A stretch of DNA of 64,000 bases from positions 480,001 through 544,000 of the forward strand of contig CAXMWX010000005.1 in assembly GCA_963422205.2 (NCBI GenBank). The letters are read 5' to 3'. Positions within the stretch are counted from its first letter, which is position 1. Every line of letters begins with the position of its first letter. Origin of the DNA: Gammaproteobacteria bacterium (GTDB taxonomy: Bacteria > Pseudomonadota > Gammaproteobacteria > Eutrophobiales > Eutrophobiaceae). Both the position numbers and the translations under genes were made by a program. Positions 30,173-42,251 of the stretch are shown here, in pieces. The notes under the pieces are model-generated. The model worked only from the letters and a program-made list of their open reading frames with translations. It had not been told where the DNA came from and made no database searches.

Positions 30173-31297
30173 TTAATCAAACCAGGGGCCAACCTGCCCG
30201 ACCACCAGGCCAGCTACCACCACGATCCACACGATCGTGATCGGCAAGAATACCTTCCAGCCGAGGCGCATGATCTGATCATAGCGATAGCGCGGGAAAG
30301 TGGCCCGAAACCAGAGAAACAGAAACAGGAAGACAGACGTCTTGGCCAGCAGCCAGAGCAGGCTCGGCTCACTCAACAACGGCACGCCGCCCAGCAGGGG
30401 CACGCCCTGGAAAGGTGACAGCCAGCCGCCCAAAAACAGCAACGCCGTGAGCAAGGAGATCAAGATCATGTTGGCGTACTCAGCCATAAAGAAGATGGAA
30501 AACGCCATGCCGCCGTACTCCACATGAAAGCCGGCCACGATCTCCGACTCGCCCTCGGCAACATCAAACGGCGCACGGTTGGTCTCCGCCACGCCGGAGA
30601 TAAAATACACCAGAAAGATCGGCAACAGCGGCAGCCAGAACCAGTGCATGATGCCGCCGCTCTGGGCGCGGATAATATCGCCCAGATTGAGGCTGCCAGC
30701 GGCGATCAACACACAGACCAGGGCAAACCCCATGGCGATCTCATAGGCGACGATCTGGGCGGCGGAGCGCATCGCCCCCAGGAAAGCATATTTGGAATTG
30801 GACGCCCAGCCAGCGATGATGACGCCGTAGACAGCCAGCGAGGTCAAGGCGAGGATGTACAAAAGGCCGGCGTTGATGTCGGCCAGCACCAGCGTCTCAT
30901 TAAACGGCACCACCGCCCAGGCGGCCAGCGATGGGGCCAGCGACAGCACAGGTGCGATGATGAATAAATATTTATTGGCACCCGCAGGAATAATGATCTC
31001 TTTGAAGATCAACTTGACCGCATCGGCGATGGGTTGCCCCAGGCCGACCAGGGGAAAGCCAAAAAAACCCACGCGGTTCGGGCCGATGCGCCCTTGAATA
31101 TAACCGATGATCTTGCGCTCAGCATAGGTGGTGTAGGCCACCACAGCCAGCACCGGCAACAGAATCGCCACAATCTTGGTCACTGTCTCCAGCGTATACA
31201 TGGCCTCCACGGCAAAGCGAACTGGCACCAGATGATCAACGATCCGGGCAAGCACCATCTCCCGGTAAATGGCATACAAGGCTTCCAGCATGATCAA
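30173..31297 (-). CDS. nuoH: NADH-quinone oxidoreductase subunit H
   Basis: [45 protein letters not shown]. Confidence 0.95.
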   Translation of the reverse strand: MIMLEALYAIYREMVLARIVDHLVPVRFAVEAMYTLETVTKIVAILLPVLAVVAYTTYAERKIIGYIQGRIGPNRVGFFGFPLVGLGQPIADAVKLIFKEIIIPAGANKYLFIIAPVLSLAPSLAAWAVVPFNETLVLADINAGLLYILALTSLAVYGVIIAGWASNSKYAFLGAMRSAAQIVAYEIAMGFALVCVLIAAGSLNLGDIIRAQSGGIMHWFWLPLLPIFLVYFISGVAETNRAPFDVAEGESEIVAGFHVEYGGMAFSIFFMAEYANMILISLLTALLFLGGWLSPFQGVPLLGGVPLLSEPSLLWLLAKTSVFLFLFLWFRATFPRYRYDQIMRLGWKVFLPITIVWIVVVAGLVVGQVGPWFD

Positions 31298-33741
31298 CCC
31301 ACCCCGGCCAGCGTGATCTCACCACACAGGGGGCCGAGTGCCGCCGTCTCAGGATGTGCGCCGTGCAGCAGCACACACTCATCCGCCACGAGGTCATTGA
31401 TAATGAGCCGCAGTACCCGTTGCTGTTCATTCTGCCTGGCGGTGACCTGATCGTTATCCGCCAGCCCCAGCCGTTCGGCCGTGCGCGCATTGATCTGTAC
31501 TGCTGCTGTGGCCACATCGGCGGTTGCCTGCAAGGCAGGGGCATGACGCACCAGGGCATCGACCGAGTTCATCGGCACATAGCCCGCCCGCTGTAAACCC
31601 GTGCGCTGCATCGGCAAACTGTCGGCAAGCGGCCCGGCATGGCAGTCCGCCGCATGGCGGGCATCGCGCACTGTCGCCGCCCTGTTATCGGCCAGCTGCC
31701 GGGTAAACTCCGCCTGTATCTGTGCAATGCGGCTAAAATCAAACCCCTCAACCGCCAGGGTATTGGCCAGAACCCGCAGGATCTTCCAGCCCGGCCTCGC
31801 CTCACCGGGCGGGGGCGTGATGGCATCGACCTGCTGATCTATGCCGCTGATCGTACTCATAGAGCCGCTGTTCTCCGCATACAGAGCAGAGGGCAGCATG
31901 ACATCGGCATGTTCAAGGCAGGCGGGATGTTGATACGGGCTGATGACGACCACACAGCGGGCGGCGGCCAGGGCGGTCAGGGCAAGATGGGCATCCAGGC
32001 AATCCAGCAGGGGATCGAAATTAACCAGCAGGTAAGCGCTCAATGGCTGTGCCAGCATCTGGTGTGCATCCAGACCATCGATGCTCGCTGGCTTGCCGCC
32101 ACACAGCCGGTGCGGTACGGCGCCCGCCTGCCAGGCCCCGACCACATTGGCCGCCTCACCCAGATAACCCAGCCGGACGCCGGTCAGCCCGGCCAGCCGA
32201 CCGGCCAGATAGCGCAGCAGCGATAGCTGCGGATGGCTCATGGCCAGATTGCCCAGCAACACCGTACCCTTCTCGCCCCCCTGTTTAACCTTGAGCAAGG
32301 CGCTGGCGATGCGCTCATGAGTCTCATCCGGGCGGATGCCAGCAAGCAGCCCACCCGCCCCGGCATCCTGGCCGCTCTGCTGCTCTGCCGCCTTGATAAC
32401 ACCGGCCAGGGCGCCGACCATATCAGCCGCGCTCACCTGGGCGTACAATTCATAATTATACGCATCGGCCACCGGGTTGATGGTCATGATCGCCGCCCCT
32501 TTTAATGCCGCCTTACGCAGGCGCAGGTTGATCAGCGGTTGATCCTTGCGTACATAACCACCGATGATCAGCACCGCCTCAAGGTCTTCCAGCACCGCCA
32601 GACCAGCGCCCGGCTCATCGCCCAAGCCATCACTTAGGCCATCACCCAGGCCGGGCCAGGCGGGGGCGCTGTCCTGATCGGAAAAATCGGCCTGGCGCAG
32701 GCGGTGATCAATATTGTTCGTCCCCAGGCCACGCATCAGTTTTTGCAGCAGGTACAGCTCCTCGGTCGTGGAATTGGCCGAAATCAGCGCACCCACCTTG
32801 TCAATGCCATCCTGCTCAATGACCGCACCAAGCTGCTCGCCAATATGCACAAACGCCGTATCCCAGGCCACCTGCCGCCATTGCCCGTCGGTCTTTATCA
32901 TCGGCGCCGCAAGACGTGCATCACTGTACATCCCTTCATAGCTGAAACGATCCCGATCGGATAACCAGACCTCGTTGATCGCCTCGTTCTCGGCCGGCAC
33001 AATGCGTTTCACGCGCCCGTCCCTGACGTGAAAATACAGATTGGACCCAACCGTATCATGAATGGCGATGCCGGGGTGCTGGCTCATCTCCCAGGCGCGG
33101 GCGGAGAAGCGGAACGGCTTGGCGGTCAAGGCACCGACCGGACACAGATCGATGACGTTGCCGGACAGCTCTGAGGTCATGCTTTTCTCTATGTACGTGC
33201 CAATCTCCATGAACTCGCCGCGGCCAGTCGCCCCCAACTCGCGCAGGCCGGCGATCTCCTCGCCAAAACGCACGCAACGGGTGCAATGGATGCAGCGGGT
33301 CATGTCCGTCTGCACCAGCGGGCCGATGTTTTTATCCTTGACAACGCGCTTGCCTTCCTGGTAGCGGGAGAGGTCGGCGCCGTAGCCCATCGCCAGGTCC
33401 TGCAATTCGCACTCCCCGCCCTGATCGCAGATCGGGCAATCCAGCGGGTGGTTGATCAGCAGAAATTCCATGACGGATTTTTGCGCTTCCAGGGCCAGTG
33501 CAGAACGAGTCTTCACCTTCATGCCGGCCATCACCGGCGTGGCGCAGGCCGGCAACGGCTTGGGCGCCTTCTCCACCTCAACCAGACACATGCGGCAGTT
33601 GGCCGCCACCGTCAGTTTTTTGTGGTAACAAAAGCGTGGTACGTAGTTATCGATGGAGTCAGTGACTTCGATCAACATCTGCCCAGCGCTCGCCTTGACC
33701 TGCTGGCCGTCAATCTCGATGGTGATCTGCTCATCTGCCAT
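31294..33741 (-). CDS. nuoG: NADH-quinone oxidoreductase subunit G
   Basis: [39 protein letters not shown]. Confidence 0.95.
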   Translation of the reverse strand: MADEQITIEIDGQQVKASAGQMLIEVTDSIDNYVPRFCYHKKLTVAANCRMCLVEVEKAPKPLPACATPVMAGMKVKTRSALALEAQKSVMEFLLINHPLDCPICDQGGECELQDLAMGYGADLSRYQEGKRVVKDKNIGPLVQTDMTRCIHCTRCVRFGEEIAGLRELGATGRGEFMEIGTYIEKSMTSELSGNVIDLCPVGALTAKPFRFSARAWEMSQHPGIAIHDTVGSNLYFHVRDGRVKRIVPAENEAINEVWLSDRDRFSYEGMYSDARLAAPMIKTDGQWRQVAWDTAFVHIGEQLGAVIEQDGIDKVGALISANSTTEELYLLQKLMRGLGTNNIDHRLRQADFSDQDSAPAWPGLGDGLSDGLGDEPGAGLAVLEDLEAVLIIGGYVRKDQPLINLRLRKAALKGAAIMTINPVADAYNYELYAQVSAADMVGALAGVIKAAEQQSGQDAGAGGLLAGIRPDETHERIASALLKVKQGGEKGTVLLGNLAMSHPQLSLLRYLAGRLAGLTGVRLGYLGEAANVVGAWQAGAVPHRLCGGKPASIDGLDAHQMLAQPLSAYLLVNFDPLLDCLDAHLALTALAAARCVVVISPYQHPACLEHADVMLPSALYAENSGSMSTISGIDQQVDAITPPPGEARPGWKILRVLANTLAVEGFDFSRIAQIQAEFTRQLADNRAATVRDARHAADCHAGPLADSLPMQRTGLQRAGYVPMNSVDALVRHAPALQATADVATAAVQINARTAERLGLADNDQVTARQNEQQRVLRLIINDLVADECVLLHGAHPETAALGPLCGEITLAGVG

Positions 33742-33744
33742 ACG

Positions 33745-35073
33745 CTAGGCCGCCTGGCTGTCCACGCCATCGACGATGGAACGGCCCTGATTCTCGATCA
33801 TATACTCAAACTCGTGGCGATAATGTTTTAAGAAACTCTGCACCGGCCAGGCCGCCGCATCGCCCAGGGCGCAAATCGTGCGGCCTTCGATCTTGTTAGC
33901 CACATCCACCAGCTTGTCCAGATCCTCCGCCACGCCTCTGCCGTCAATGATGCGAGTCAACATGCGATACAACCAGCCTGTGCCTTCACGACAAGGGGTG
34001 CATTGACCGCAGGATTCGGAAAAATAAAACCGCGAGATGCGCCGCAGCATGCTGACCATACACGTCGTCTCATCCATCACCACCACAGCACCGGAGCCAA
34101 TCGCCGAGCCGGTGATGTCTTTGACCGAGTCATAATCCATATTCGCTTGCAGCATAAGATCGCCCGGCACCACCTGCACCGAGGAGCCGCCCGGAATGAC
34201 GGCCTTCAACTGCCGGCCCTTCCAAACGCCGCCCGCCAGCACCAGCAAGTCTTTGAACGGCAAGCCCATAGGCACTTCAAAATTACCCGGCCGCTGCACA
34301 TGCCCGCTGACGGAGAAACACTTGACCCCGCCGCTGCCCGCCACACCCAAATCGGCAAACCACTGGGCGCCGTGGCGGATGATCGCCGGTACTGAGCTGA
34401 AGCTCTCGGTGTTGTTGATGGTCGTTGGCCTGCCATACAGGCCATGCTGGGCAGGGAACGGCGGCTTGAAACGGGGCTTGCCGGGCTTGCCTTCCAGGGA
34501 CTCCAGCAAGGCGGTCTCCTCGCCACAAATGTAAGCACCAGCGCCCAGGGTGGCGTACACGTCCACATCCACGCCCGCACCGCGTATGTTTTTGCCGAGC
34601 AGACCCGCCGCATAGGCCTCCTTGAGTGCTGCCTCAAAACGGGCAAACGGCTCGTCCATGAACTCGCCACGGATATAATTATAGCCCACCGTGGCGCCCA
34701 TGGCATAACAGGCAATCGCCATGCCTTCCACCAGCGCATGCGGGTTAAAGCGCAAAATATCGCGGTCTTTGCAGGTGCCCGGCTCGCTCTCATCGGAATT
34801 GCACACCACGTATTTCTGGCCGGGCGCATCGGCGGACATGAAGCTCCATTTCAGCCCGGTGGGGAAACCCGCCCCGCCCCGGCCACGCAGCCCGGACCCC
34901 TTCATCGCCTCGATGATGGCCTTTGGCGGCGTCTTTTGATCGAGGATGTCTCGCCATGCCTCATAACCGCCAGTGCGGTAGTAGTTGGCCAGCGTCCAGG
35001 GCGAATCAAACGTGAGCGTGGCATAGCAGACCGCATTCAAGGCCGCCGATTTGCTCATCTCATCGCCCTTCAT
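33745..35073 (-). CDS. nuoF: NADH-quinone oxidoreductase subunit F
   Basis: [41 protein letters not shown]; start could be 35058. Confidence 0.95.
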   Translation of the reverse strand: MKGDEMSKSAALNAVCYATLTFDSPWTLANYYRTGGYEAWRDILDQKTPPKAIIEAMKGSGLRGRGGAGFPTGLKWSFMSADAPGQKYVVCNSDESEPGTCKDRDILRFNPHALVEGMAIACYAMGATVGYNYIRGEFMDEPFARFEAALKEAYAAGLLGKNIRGAGVDVDVYATLGAGAYICGEETALLESLEGKPGKPRFKPPFPAQHGLYGRPTTINNTESFSSVPAIIRHGAQWFADLGVAGSGGVKCFSVSGHVQRPGNFEVPMGLPFKDLLVLAGGVWKGRQLKAVIPGGSSVQVVPGDLMLQANMDYDSVKDITGSAIGSGAVVVMDETTCMVSMLRRISRFYFSESCGQCTPCREGTGWLYRMLTRIIDGRGVAEDLDKLVDVANKIEGRTICALGDAAAWPVQSFLKHYRHEFEYMIENQGRSIVDGVDSQAA

Positions 35074-35576
35074 GCAAGGCCATCCAGGATCGCATTGACT
35101 TTCTCCTTATCCAGATTTTCATGGTAGATGTGATCCACCATCATCATGGGCGCACCACAACAGGCGGCCAGGCATTCCTCTTCGGCCTTGAGATAGATAC
35201 GGCCATCGGCGGTGGACTCGCCCGGTTTTACCCGGTAGCGATCTTCAATGTGCTGCACCAGCTCATCCGCCCCGCGCAGCATACAGGAAATGTTGGTACA
35301 TACCGAGACGCTGTGGCGGCCACAGGGCGCCGTCTCCAGCATGGAATAAAAGCTGGCCACTTCATAAACAGCAATACGCGGCATGTCCAGATAATCGGCG
35401 ACCGCATCCATTAATTCAGTCGTGAGATAGCCCTGGTTCTCATGTTGCACCTCACGCAGGGCCGCCAGCACGGCGGATTGTTTTTGATCTGGCGGGTACT
35501 TGGTCAACCAGCGATCAATCTCCTCGCGGACATGGTTGGACAAGGCAGGGGGGATGGTTGTCATCGTAACACTCAC
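35070..35576 (-). CDS. nuoE: NADH-quinone oxidoreductase subunit E
   Basis: [25 protein letters not shown] 2Fe-2S ligands. Confidence 0.95.
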   Translation of the reverse strand: MSVTMTTIPPALSNHVREEIDRWLTKYPPDQKQSAVLAALREVQHENQGYLTTELMDAVADYLDMPRIAVYEVASFYSMLETAPCGRHSVSVCTNISCMLRGADELVQHIEDRYRVKPGESTADGRIYLKAEEECLAACCGAPMMMVDHIYHENLDKEKVNAILDGLA

Positions 35577-35839
35577 CGGCTCAATATCGTTGAGATACGC
35601 GATACCAGCGCGGGTGCGCTATTATCTACCAGCCAGAATACCGAAAAGGCGAGAAGGCTGGCAAACGCCGTGATGCCAATCACGCCAAAAAAAACCAGCG
35701 TCATGATCCTGATAAGACCATAGATGCGACCTGGCCGCAGCGAGGCCGCCGACAGCGTCATCAGTGCGACAGGCACAGCGGCAACGACCATGATCGCTGC
35801 CAGCATCCCGATGATGTTCGCCGCCATCTCCTCACTCAT
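35573..35839 (-). CDS. Hypothetical two-helix membrane protein inside the nuo operon
   Basis: Two hydrophobic segments; stop overlaps the nuoE start (GTGA); co-oriented; host-like composition. Confidence 0.6.
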   Translation of the reverse strand: MSEEMAANIIGMLAAIMVVAAVPVALMTLSAASLRPGRIYGLIRIMTLVFFGVIGITAFASLLAFSVFWLVDNSAPALVSRISTILSR

Positions 35840-35881
35840 CTGCGGCCATCCTGTGAACACCAGAGCCTCATCACCAGACCT

Positions 35882-37136
35882 TCACCTGTCCACCTCGCCG
35901 AAGACGATATCCTGGGTGCCGATAACGGCAACCACATCGGCCAGCATATGGCCCTTGACCATTTCATTCATGGCGGACAGGTGGGCAAACCCGGGCGCAC
36001 GGATCTTGACTCGGTAGGGCTTGTTCGCCCCATCGGAAATGAGATAAATACCAAACTCGCCCTTGGGATGTTCCACGGCGCAATAGACCTCGCCCTCGGG
36101 GACATAATAGCCTTCGGTGAACAGCTTGAAATGATGTATCAACGATTCCATGTCGCCCTTCATCTCTGCCCGAGGGCGGCGGGGTGAGCTTGCGATCATC
36201 AATCACCACGGCGCCCGGGTTGGCCCTCAGCCACTCCACGCATTGCCGGATGATGCGGTTGGACTGGCGCATCTCCTCCACCCGCACCAGATAACGATCA
36301 TAACAGTCGCCGTTCGCCCCCACCGGAATAGCGAAGTCCAGATCCGCATAAACTTCATAGGGCTGTTTTTTCCGCAGGTCCCATTCAATGCCGGAGCCGC
36401 GCAACATCGGGCCGGTAAAGCCCAGTTGCAGGGCGCGCTCTGGCGAGACCACGCCGATGCCTACGGTGCGCTGCTTCCAGATCCGGTTATCGGTGAGCAG
36501 CGTCTCGTACTCATCCACGCAGCCGGGGAATTTGGCCGTGAATGCGTCGATGAAATCCAGCAGCGAACCTCGGCGGCTCTCATTTAAATCCTCCACCTGC
36601 TGCTCATCATGCCACTTCGATGCCTGGTACTGCGGCATGGTGGCAGGCAAATCCCGATACACCCCGCCGGGGCGGTAGTAGGTGGCGTGCATACGGGTGC
36701 CGGAGACTGCTTCGTAGCAATCCATGAGGTCTTCGCGCTCCCGAAAGCAGTACAGGAACATGGTCATGGCGCCGATGTCCAGCCCATGGGCGCCCAGCCA
36801 CATCAGGTGATTCAGGATGCGCGTGATCTCATCAAACATCACCCGAATGTATTGCGCCCGTGGCGGCGGCGTGATCCCCAGCAGCTTCTCAATAGCCATG
36901 ACATAAGCATGTTCATTGCACATCATCGAGACATAATCCAGCCGATCCATATAGCCGATGCTCTGGTTATAGGGCTTGGACTCCGCCAGCTTTTCCGTAC
37001 CCCGATGCAGCAAACCAATATGGGGATCAGCGCGCTCGATCACCTCGCCATCCATCTCCAGCACCAGCCGCAACACCCCGTGCGCCGCCGGATGTTGCGG
37101 CCCGAAATTCATGGTCATGTTCCTGATCTCAGGCAT
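35882..37136 (-). CDS. nuoD: NADH-quinone oxidoreductase subunit D, with a +1 frameshift near 36175
   Basis: [15 protein letters not shown]...DDRKLTPPP in one frame; [16 protein letters not shown]...DIVFGEVDR in the next; one extra base at CCG CCC TCG G. Confidence 0.9.
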
Positions 37137-37141
37137 GGTGC

Positions 37142-37837
37142 TTACTCATCCAGCGACTCTTCGCCCGCCGCCGGTGCGGTGTAACGGTTGTCATGCCGGA
37201 TCACCTTGGGTACCAGGGTACGATTTTTGATCGTCACCGGCTGGTAGACCACGCGCCTTTGATCCGGGTCGTAACGCACTTCCACACGGCCTTCCAGCGG
37301 AAAGTCCTTGCGAAACGGATGGCCGATAAAGCCGTAATCGGTGAGGATGCGCCGCAGATCGACATGCCCCTCAAACAGAATTCCGAACAAGTCAAACGCC
37401 TCACGCTCATACCAGTCGGCAGCTGACCAGATGGAAGTGACCGAGGCGATTCTCGGCGGCTGCCCGCTCAAAAAACAGCGGATACGCAGGCGGTGGTTGT
37501 GCTTGATCGAGAGCAGGTGATAGACGACTGCCAAGCGATCCGGCATGTCCGTCTCATCGATATACACGCCCTGGCTGACGCCCCGGCTAAAGCCGGTGCT
37601 GGTGGTGTTCTGCGTCTCCCAATCGGCCTTGCCAAAGCGCAGGTAGTCCACCCCGCACAGATCAGATAACTGCTCAAAGCCAAGCGCTGCCTCATCACGC
37701 AGCTTCTGGCACACTTCCAGAATGTTCTCAGCGTCCACCTCCAGCGTCAGTTCATCATGCACACGCAAGGTCTTGTTGATACGCTCGCCCAGAGAAGCCC
37801 GCAAGCTGGCAAGCAGTTCGTCTAATGCCTGTGTCAT
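37142..37837 (-). CDS. nuoC: NADH-quinone oxidoreductase subunit C
   Basis: [38 protein letters not shown]. Confidence 0.95.
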   Translation of the reverse strand: MTQALDELLASLRASLGERINKTLRVHDELTLEVDAENILEVCQKLRDEAALGFEQLSDLCGVDYLRFGKADWETQNTTSTGFSRGVSQGVYIDETDMPDRLAVVYHLLSIKHNHRLRIRCFLSGQPPRIASVTSIWSAADWYEREAFDLFGILFEGHVDLRRILTDYGFIGHPFRKDFPLEGRVEVRYDPDQRRVVYQPVTIKNRTLVPKVIRHDNRYTAPAAGEESLDE

Positions 37838-37854
37838 GCCCTGGCTCAGTTGTC

Positions 37855-38340
37855 CTAGCGCGAAATGGTGCGGGTGTTGGTGCGTTTAATTTTCTTTTGC
37901 AGCTGCATGATGCCGAACAGCAGGGCTTCGGCTGTTGGCGGACAACCCGGCACGTAGATATCCACCGGGACGATGCGATCACAACCACGGACAACCGAGT
38001 AAGAATAATGATAATAGCCGCCGCCGTTGGCACAAGAGCCCATGGATATCACCCAGCGTGGCTCCGGCATCTGATCATAGACCTTACGCAGGGCCGGTGC
38101 CATCTTGTTGACCAGCGTACCGGCGACGATCATGACATCAGACTGTCTTGGGCTGGGACGGAAGATCACGCCAAAGCGATCCAGATCATAACGTGAAGCA
38201 CCGGCATGCATCATCTCTACCGCACAGCAGGCGAGGCCGAATGTCATCGGCCACATAGAGCCGGTGCGCGCCCAGTTGACCAGATTATCCACCGTGGTGG
38301 TGACGATGCCCTGTTCATGTATTTGCTCTGCTGCGCCCAT
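37855..38340 (-). CDS. nuoB: NADH-quinone oxidoreductase subunit B
   Basis: [31 protein letters not shown]. Confidence 0.96.
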   Translation of the reverse strand: MGAAEQIHEQGIVTTTVDNLVNWARTGSMWPMTFGLACCAVEMMHAGASRYDLDRFGVIFRPSPRQSDVMIVAGTLVNKMAPALRKVYDQMPEPRWVISMGSCANGGGYYHYSYSVVRGCDRIVPVDIYVPGCPPTAEALLFGIMQLQKKIKRTNTRTISR

Positions 38341-38343
38341 ACG

Positions 38344-38700
38344 CTACTCCCATTCCAGCGCACCTTTGCGCCATTCGTAAATAAACCCCACCACCAACAC
38401 AGCCAGAAACAACATCATCGCCCAGAATCCCACCATGCCAATATCCCGCAAGGCCACCGCCCAGGGAAAGAAGAAGGCGATCTCCAGATCGAAGATGATG
38501 AACAGGATCGCCACCAGATAATAGCGCACATCAAACGGCATACGGGCATCTTCAAAGGCTTCAAAGCCGCATTCGTAGGGGGATTGTTTTTCATCATCAG
38601 GCCGGTTCGGGCCGAGAAAATAGCCGATGGCGAACAGCAGACCACCCAGCAAGAGGCCGACGATGAGGAAGATCAGGATGGGTAGATAGTTCTCCAGCAT
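38344..38700 (-). CDS. nuoA: NADH-quinone oxidoreductase subunit A
   Basis: [30 protein letters not shown]. Confidence 0.96.
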   Translation of the reverse strand: MLENYLPILIFLIVGLLLGGLLFAIGYFLGPNRPDDEKQSPYECGFEAFEDARMPFDVRYYLVAILFIIFDLEIAFFFPWAVALRDIGMVGFWAMMLFLAVLVVGFIYEWRKGALEWE

Positions 38701-38948
38701 GAATATTCAAACCAACCGGGTAACCTGTGTTATCTTGATAAGGATTATACCGCCATCCGCACAGGCTGCCAGCGAAAAAACGGCGAAATGCGGATTTTCT
38801 CCCCAATTTCTGCGGTGGTCATACATGCAGCGCATACACGGGCGCACTGTCGCTACAATCATCACCTGTTGCCTGAATTGTTGCCTGAATAATCGGGCCG
38901 GGCTATGCTTGATTTATTGCTTTAATCCTTAACCTAAGGAGCAGCGAC

Positions 38949-39413
38949 ATGGGCAGGACGATTTATGAAAGGCCAGTAAAAGACCTGGCGCGTGAATGGG
39001 CCACGGCGCACTAGCAACCTGGGCAGACATTTGAAAGATCACTCCTGTTCAGATGGTTCAAAGAGAATCATCAACATGTCAACCAAAATCACCTTAGCGC
39101 AGAACTGGAGACAATGATTACCCATGGTGATAGCAGAAAAAAACATCACCCGCTGCCATACCGGGAAACGGATATGATCTATTTTATAAAATTGGAATCG
39201 GCAGAAGCACCAGATACCGACGGCATGACAAAGAACAGCAGGAGCAAGCCGGTCAGAGGGATAATCATCGCCAGTGATATATCTGAAGATTTGCCGCTTG
39301 CCACCAAACATCTGCCGCATGTTAAGCGGATTGCGTGCGAGTCAGCTTATACGCTGCACACCGTAGGCTGGTTTTTTTTATCTTTCGACTTTGCCGACCT
39401 TAAAAAATCATGA
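38949..39413 (+). pseudogene. Degraded gene resembling NucS-domain endonuclease fusions (termini kept, core missing)
   Basis: TAAGGAG RBS, MGRTIYERPVKDL..., in-frame TAG at 39012, then QPGQTFERSLLFRWFKEN... and C-terminal VRGIIIASDISEDLPLA. Confidence 0.55.
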
Positions 39414-41611
39414 CTGACCGCATCGCAAAACATGACCTGCTGATTGCCAGGCCGCTGTATGAGTTCGTGGGCGATGAGCTAAGCCCCGGCACGGGCGTAT
39501 CGCCGGATGCCTTCTGGCAGGCGCTGTCCTGCATCGTGGCTGAGCTTGGCCCGGAGAATCGCACGCTGCTAAAGCGGCGTGATGCCCTGCAAGCGCAGAT
39601 CGATGCCTGGCACATCAAACACCGGCAGCAAGCGATCAACCCGGCCGAGTATCGCCGCTTCTTGGAGGAGATTGGTTACATCCTGCCTGAAGGCGAGGAT
39701 TTCAAGGTGACTGTCAACAATGCCGATGAGGAGATAACACGTATCGCCGGGCCGCAGCTGGTGGTGCCGGTCGATAACCCGCGCTATGCCCTGAACGCCG
39801 CCAATGCCCGCTGGGGCAGCCTGTATGATGCGCTGTACGGCACCGATGTCATCCCGGAGATCAACGGCTGCAAGCGCACCCGACACTACAACCCGGTGCG
39901 TGGCCGACAGGTCATAGACTATGTACGCCGATTTCTTGACCGGGCCGTGCCGATGGCGGTGGGCAGTCACAGCCATGTGGTCAAATACCAGATCAAATCC
40001 GGCAGGCTGGTCGGGGTGATGGGCGATGGCAGCGAACACGGGCTGGGCAAACGGGAGCGGTTTGTCGGCTATACCGGCGACCCGGCGGCGCCGGATTCCA
40101 TCCTGCTGGAACACAACGCCCTGCATATTGAGATTCATATCGGCGAAGGCTATTACATCGGCCGGGGCGATCTCGCCGGGGTGTATGACATTTCCCTAGA
40201 GTCCGCCGTCAGTGTGATCATGGATTGTGAGGATTCGGTAGCCGCCGTTGACTGTGAGGACAAGGTGCGGGTGTACCGCAACTGGCTGGGCCTGATGCGA
40301 GGCGATCTAAGCCGCCGCGTGGAAAAAAACGGGGAGGTGCTTGAACGCAGGCTCAACCCGGATCGCACCTACCTGGCCCCGGACGGCAGGCCGTTCACCC
40401 TGCCGGGGCGTGCCCTGTTGCTGTTACGTCATGTCGGCCTGCACATGTACACCGATGCCATCACCTGCACCGATGGCCAGCCGGTGCCGGAGGGGTTTGT
40501 TGATGCCATGGTCACCGTGCTGGCGGCGAAACATGATCTGCTTGGCAACGGGCGCTACCGCAACAGCCGTACTGGCTCTGTCTACATCGTCAAGCCCAAG
40601 CTGCACGGCCCGGCAGAGGTGGCGGCGACAGTAGCCCTGTTTGAGCGTGTGGAGGATGCCCTGGGGCTGGAGCGGCTGACCATCAAGATCGGCATCATGG
40701 ACGAGGAACGCCGCACCACTGTCAACCTGAAGGCGTGTATACGCACCGCCGAGAACCGGGTGATCTTCATCAACACGGGCTTTTTGGATCGCACGGGCGA
40801 TGAGATCCACACCAGCATGGAGGCCGGCCCCATGCTCACCAAAGCGGCGCTGAAGACCGCCCCCTGGCTGCTGGCCTATGAGGACTGGAATGTCGATACG
40901 GGCCTGGCCACCGGCCTGCCGCGCCATGCACAGATCGGCAAAGGCATGTGGGCGGAGCCGGATAACATGGCCGCCATGATGGATATCAAAGTAAACCATC
41001 CCCGCGCTGGCGCCACCTCTGCCTGGGTGCCCTCACCAACGGCGGCGACACTGCATGCCATGCACTATCATCGCGTCAACGTCGGTACCCGACAGCGTGA
41101 ATTGTTGTATGCCCGGCGGGCGAATCTTAATGACATCCTCACCCTGCCCCTGCTTGCTCCGCAGAATTTAAGCAGGGCGGTGATCGTCAAGGAATTGGAA
41201 AACAACGCCCAGGGGATCCTCGGCTATGTCGTGCGCTGGATCGAACAGGGCGTGGGGTGTTCCAAGGTGCCCGACATCAACAACACCGCCCTGATGGAAG
41301 ACCGGGCAACCCTGCGTATCTCCAGCCAGCACATCGCCAACTGGCTGCATCATGGCCTGACGAGCGAAGCTGAGGTCACAGAAATCTTCAAAAAGATGGC
41401 GTTTGTTGTTGATCATCAGAATATTGATGATCCGCAGTATGAAAATATGGCGCCCGATTTCGATGCCAGCAGCGCCTTTCAGGCGGCGCTGGCGCTGGTG
41501 TTCACTGGTCGGCAGCAGGCCAACGGCTACACCGAGCCAACGCTGCACGAGCGGCGCCGGGCATACAAGGCGAAGCGGGCGGGCATGACAGATGCTGGCA
41601 CCAGGGCATGA
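39410..41611 (+). CDS. glcB: Malate synthase G
   Basis: [75 protein letters not shown]. Confidence 0.96.
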   Translation: MTDRIAKHDLLIARPLYEFVGDELSPGTGVSPDAFWQALSCIVAELGPENRTLLKRRDALQAQIDAWHIKHRQQAINPAEYRRFLEEIGYILPEGEDFKVTVNNADEEITRIAGPQLVVPVDNPRYALNAANARWGSLYDALYGTDVIPEINGCKRTRHYNPVRGRQVIDYVRRFLDRAVPMAVGSHSHVVKYQIKSGRLVGVMGDGSEHGLGKRERFVGYTGDPAAPDSILLEHNALHIEIHIGEGYYIGRGDLAGVYDISLESAVSVIMDCEDSVAAVDCEDKVRVYRNWLGLMRGDLSRRVEKNGEVLERRLNPDRTYLAPDGRPFTLPGRALLLLRHVGLHMYTDAITCTDGQPVPEGFVDAMVTVLAAKHDLLGNGRYRNSRTGSVYIVKPKLHGPAEVAATVALFERVEDALGLERLTIKIGIMDEERRTTVNLKACIRTAENRVIFINTGFLDRTGDEIHTSMEAGPMLTKAALKTAPWLLAYEDWNVDTGLATGLPRHAQIGKGMWAEPDNMAAMMDIKVNHPRAGATSAWVPSPTAATLHAMHYHRVNVGTRQRELLYARRANLNDILTLPLLAPQNLSRAVIVKELENNAQGILGYVVRWIEQGVGCSKVPDINNTALMEDRATLRISSQHIANWLHHGLTSEAEVTEIFKKMAFVVDHQNIDDPQYENMAPDFDASSAFQAALALVFTGRQQANGYTEPTLHERRRAYKAKRAGMTDAGTRA

Positions 41612-42081
41612 TGCACCACCAGTCATGCTGGTCGCCGCCTGGCCCACCATGAGCAGTCACGTCACTGATTGCAACAGATAGCGGGCAACGGACAGAGGCC
41701 TGGCCAGCAATCACAGCGCCTCATCTTAAAGAGCAGACAAACAACCGTTGCTTGCTCCTCCCCTCACATCGTTGCTAACAAGCCCATCACTCGCTGGCAA
41801 CTGCCCGATGACGCCCTGGATCACGTCATGATTGCCTGGCACAAGCACCCTGCTGCTGCCGGGACTTAGACAACACCCCTGGCCAGCTTGAGGCCGCCAG
41901 CATGTGATCAACTGCCGCCCCCTTCAAGTTACATACATGATCTCCGCTACGCATTGCACCGCCTGATCGGCCTTGCACCTGTGAGATATTTATCCAGGCA
42001 GATCATATCATCTTGAAAGAGTGCACATTGCTGGTAACAGACAGTCCGCATGTACGGATCAATCAACCCGCTTGATCAGTT

Positions 42082-42102
42082 AAATGTTATGTTATAACAT
42101 TT
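42082..42102. promoter_or_regulatory. Zur box
   Basis: Perfect 9-3-9 palindrome AAATGTTAT-GTT-ATAACATTT about 150 nt upstream of a His-rich TonB receptor. Confidence 0.85.
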
Positions 42103-42251
42103 TATTTATGTGGATGAGGTATCGACAAATAGCCAGCGCCCTGGTGCGGGTCAGGCGGCCCTCACCACGCCCGCTGCATACAATCAACACGTTGTCATTC
42201 ACCGATCACGCCCGAACTTAATTCCCATTATCACTGACAGGAGCAATACGC

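Noticed and set aside
35063-36163. Shared ATGAAGGGCGA (MKGD) at the nuoF start and inside nuoD as a target-site duplication
   Set aside because: Only 11 bp, both copies lie in conserved coding frames, and they flank native nuoE
36165-36190. Programmed ribosomal frameshift in nuoD
   Set aside because: No canonical slippery heptamer or evident stimulator; a second single-base indel in ccoI points to error or mutation
38701-38948. tRNA-Leu expected upstream of nuoA
   Set aside because: No cloverleaf or T-loop GTTC motif found
41612-42080. Short ORFs between glcB and the Zur box
   Set aside because: No RBS, motif or structure that I can support; may be eroded sequence
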